Source: Antedon mediterranea
Taxonomy: Eukaryota; Animalia; Echinodermata
Reading direction: 5' to 3'
Assembly: GCF_964355755.1 (NCBI RefSeq)
Contig: NC_092675.1
Location: 10,473,812 to 10,537,811 of the forward strand
Length of the DNA stretch: 64,000 bases
Made by a program: the position numbers and the translations under genes. Shown here one piece after another: positions 62,935-64,000 of this stretch (position 1 is the first letter of the stretch; every line of letters begins with the position of its first letter). The notes under the pieces were generated by a model. It was not told where the DNA came from and ran no database searches. It saw only the letters and a list, made by a program, of their open reading frames with translations.

Positions 62935-64000
62935 ATGCTAATTAGCTATAGCTCTGAGTTTCTTCATGGTTTACAGGGCTGTGTAACCAACAACAATAAC
63001 AGTTGTGAACTTCTTGAAGAATCTTGCTTAATTATACAATCTTTTAAGTTGAACTCCAGTAGCTGTAGTATCCACCTATTACCAAGGAGGCCAAAAAGAA
63101 AAACCAGGCGTGGTACAAGAGCTGGGCGTGACAAACACACTAAAAACAATCTATCATTTCTGGACTTATCATCAAACTCTCTCTTATCTAAAAACAATAT
63201 TAAATTTTGCAGTATTAATACAAGATCCGTTCGGAACAAAACAACAGAATTTGTGGATTTCGTTATCGAACATAATCTGGATGTTGTTGCCCTTTCGGAA
63301 ACGTGGCTTAAACCAGAAGACACATCAGTTATAGGAAATATTACACCCAACGGATACTCTCTCAAACATGCTCCCCGTGCTGGTACTAAAAGAGGTGGTA
63401 GAGTTGCACTTCTTTACAAGGAAAGCATAGCGGTTAAATGTTATGACACGGGATTATTACCAAAATCATTTGAACTGCTAAATGTGGAAATAGTCAGCAA
63501 TGCATCCTCAGTTTTCCTCGTAGCAGTATATCGTCCTCAAAGCAAATCAACGGGTTGCAGTCTAAATGTTTTCACTGAAGAATTCTCAACTGTGGTTGAT
63601 CACTATGTATTGAAGCCGGCTCCCATACTATTCGTTGGAGACTTTAACATCCATGTGGATATGCCAAATGATGCAGATGCAATTCATTTTCGGAATCTAC
63701 TTGTAGCAAGCAGTCTTCAACAGCATGTGTCTACACCTACACACCGACATGGTCATACATTAGACTTGCTGATCACTCGTTCATCTGATCCTCCTGTTTT
63801 CTCAAACCTTAATGTCATTGATGGTATATCAGATCACTATGCAATCACATGTAATCTCCTTATCAAGAAGCCACCCGTAATCACTAAATCCATCGAAACT
63901 CGTCATTGGAATGCTATAAATTTTGAGACATTATGTAAAGATATCACACAGTCTGATCTCGGAACTTCGCTCTCAAATCTTGATTTATCAAGTAAAGTAC
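62935..64000 (+). CDS. L2-clade LINE ORF, APE endonuclease domain (partial, runs off window; element starts ~62568)
   Basis: Translated by hand, absent from the ORF track: YSSEFLHGL, RRGTRAG, NTRSV, LSETW, VYRP, GDFNIH, PTHRHGHTLDL, ISDH. Confidence 0.88.
   Translation, partial: MLISYSSEFLHGLQGCVTNNNNSCELLEESCLIIQSFKLNSSSCSIHLLPRRPKRKTRRGTRAGRDKHTKNNLSFLDLSSNSLLSKNNIKFCSINTRSVRNKTTEFVDFVIEHNLDVVALSETWLKPEDTSVIGNITPNGYSLKHAPRAGTKRGGRVALLYKESIAVKCYDTGLLPKSFELLNVEIVSNASSVFLVAVYRPQSKSTGCSLNVFTEEFSTVVDHYVLKPAPILFVGDFNIHVDMPNDADAIHFRNLLVASSLQQHVSTPTHRHGHTLDLLITRSSDPPVFSNLNVIDGISDHYAITCNLLIKKPPVITKSIETRHWNAINFETLCKDITQSDLGTSLSNLDLSSKV

Overview
AT-rich eukaryotic (animal, probably echinoderm-like by inference) intergenic DNA made almost entirely of nested transposable elements; no host protein-coding gene can be supported. 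1-12 kb: degenerate repeats, tRNA-like pseudogenes, Helitron-like and Helentron-like fragments. 12.1-25.6 kb: a non-autonomous Helitron-like element carrying a full-length Gmr1-type Ty3/Gypsy LTR retrotransposon (gag-PR-IN-RT-RH, itself hit by a MITE) and a hAT-like element. 26-36 kb: LINE debris, a Penelope-like RT fragment, and an intact single-ORF APE-RT LINE inserted in an older L1/Tx1-like LINE. 38.2-62.4 kb: the most striking structure, three copies of a ~7.2 kb almost fully palindromic non-coding DNA element (arms ~3.5 kb, TATGG...CCATA ends, 6-bp target-site duplications, IS3EU-like signature). One copy has inserted exactly 25 nt inside the terminus of another, and the same 25-nt junction precedes the third. 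An L2-like LINE starts at ~62.6 kb and runs off the window. All alignments were made by eye; superfamily names are inferred from termini and TSD lengths recalled from the literature, not from database searches.
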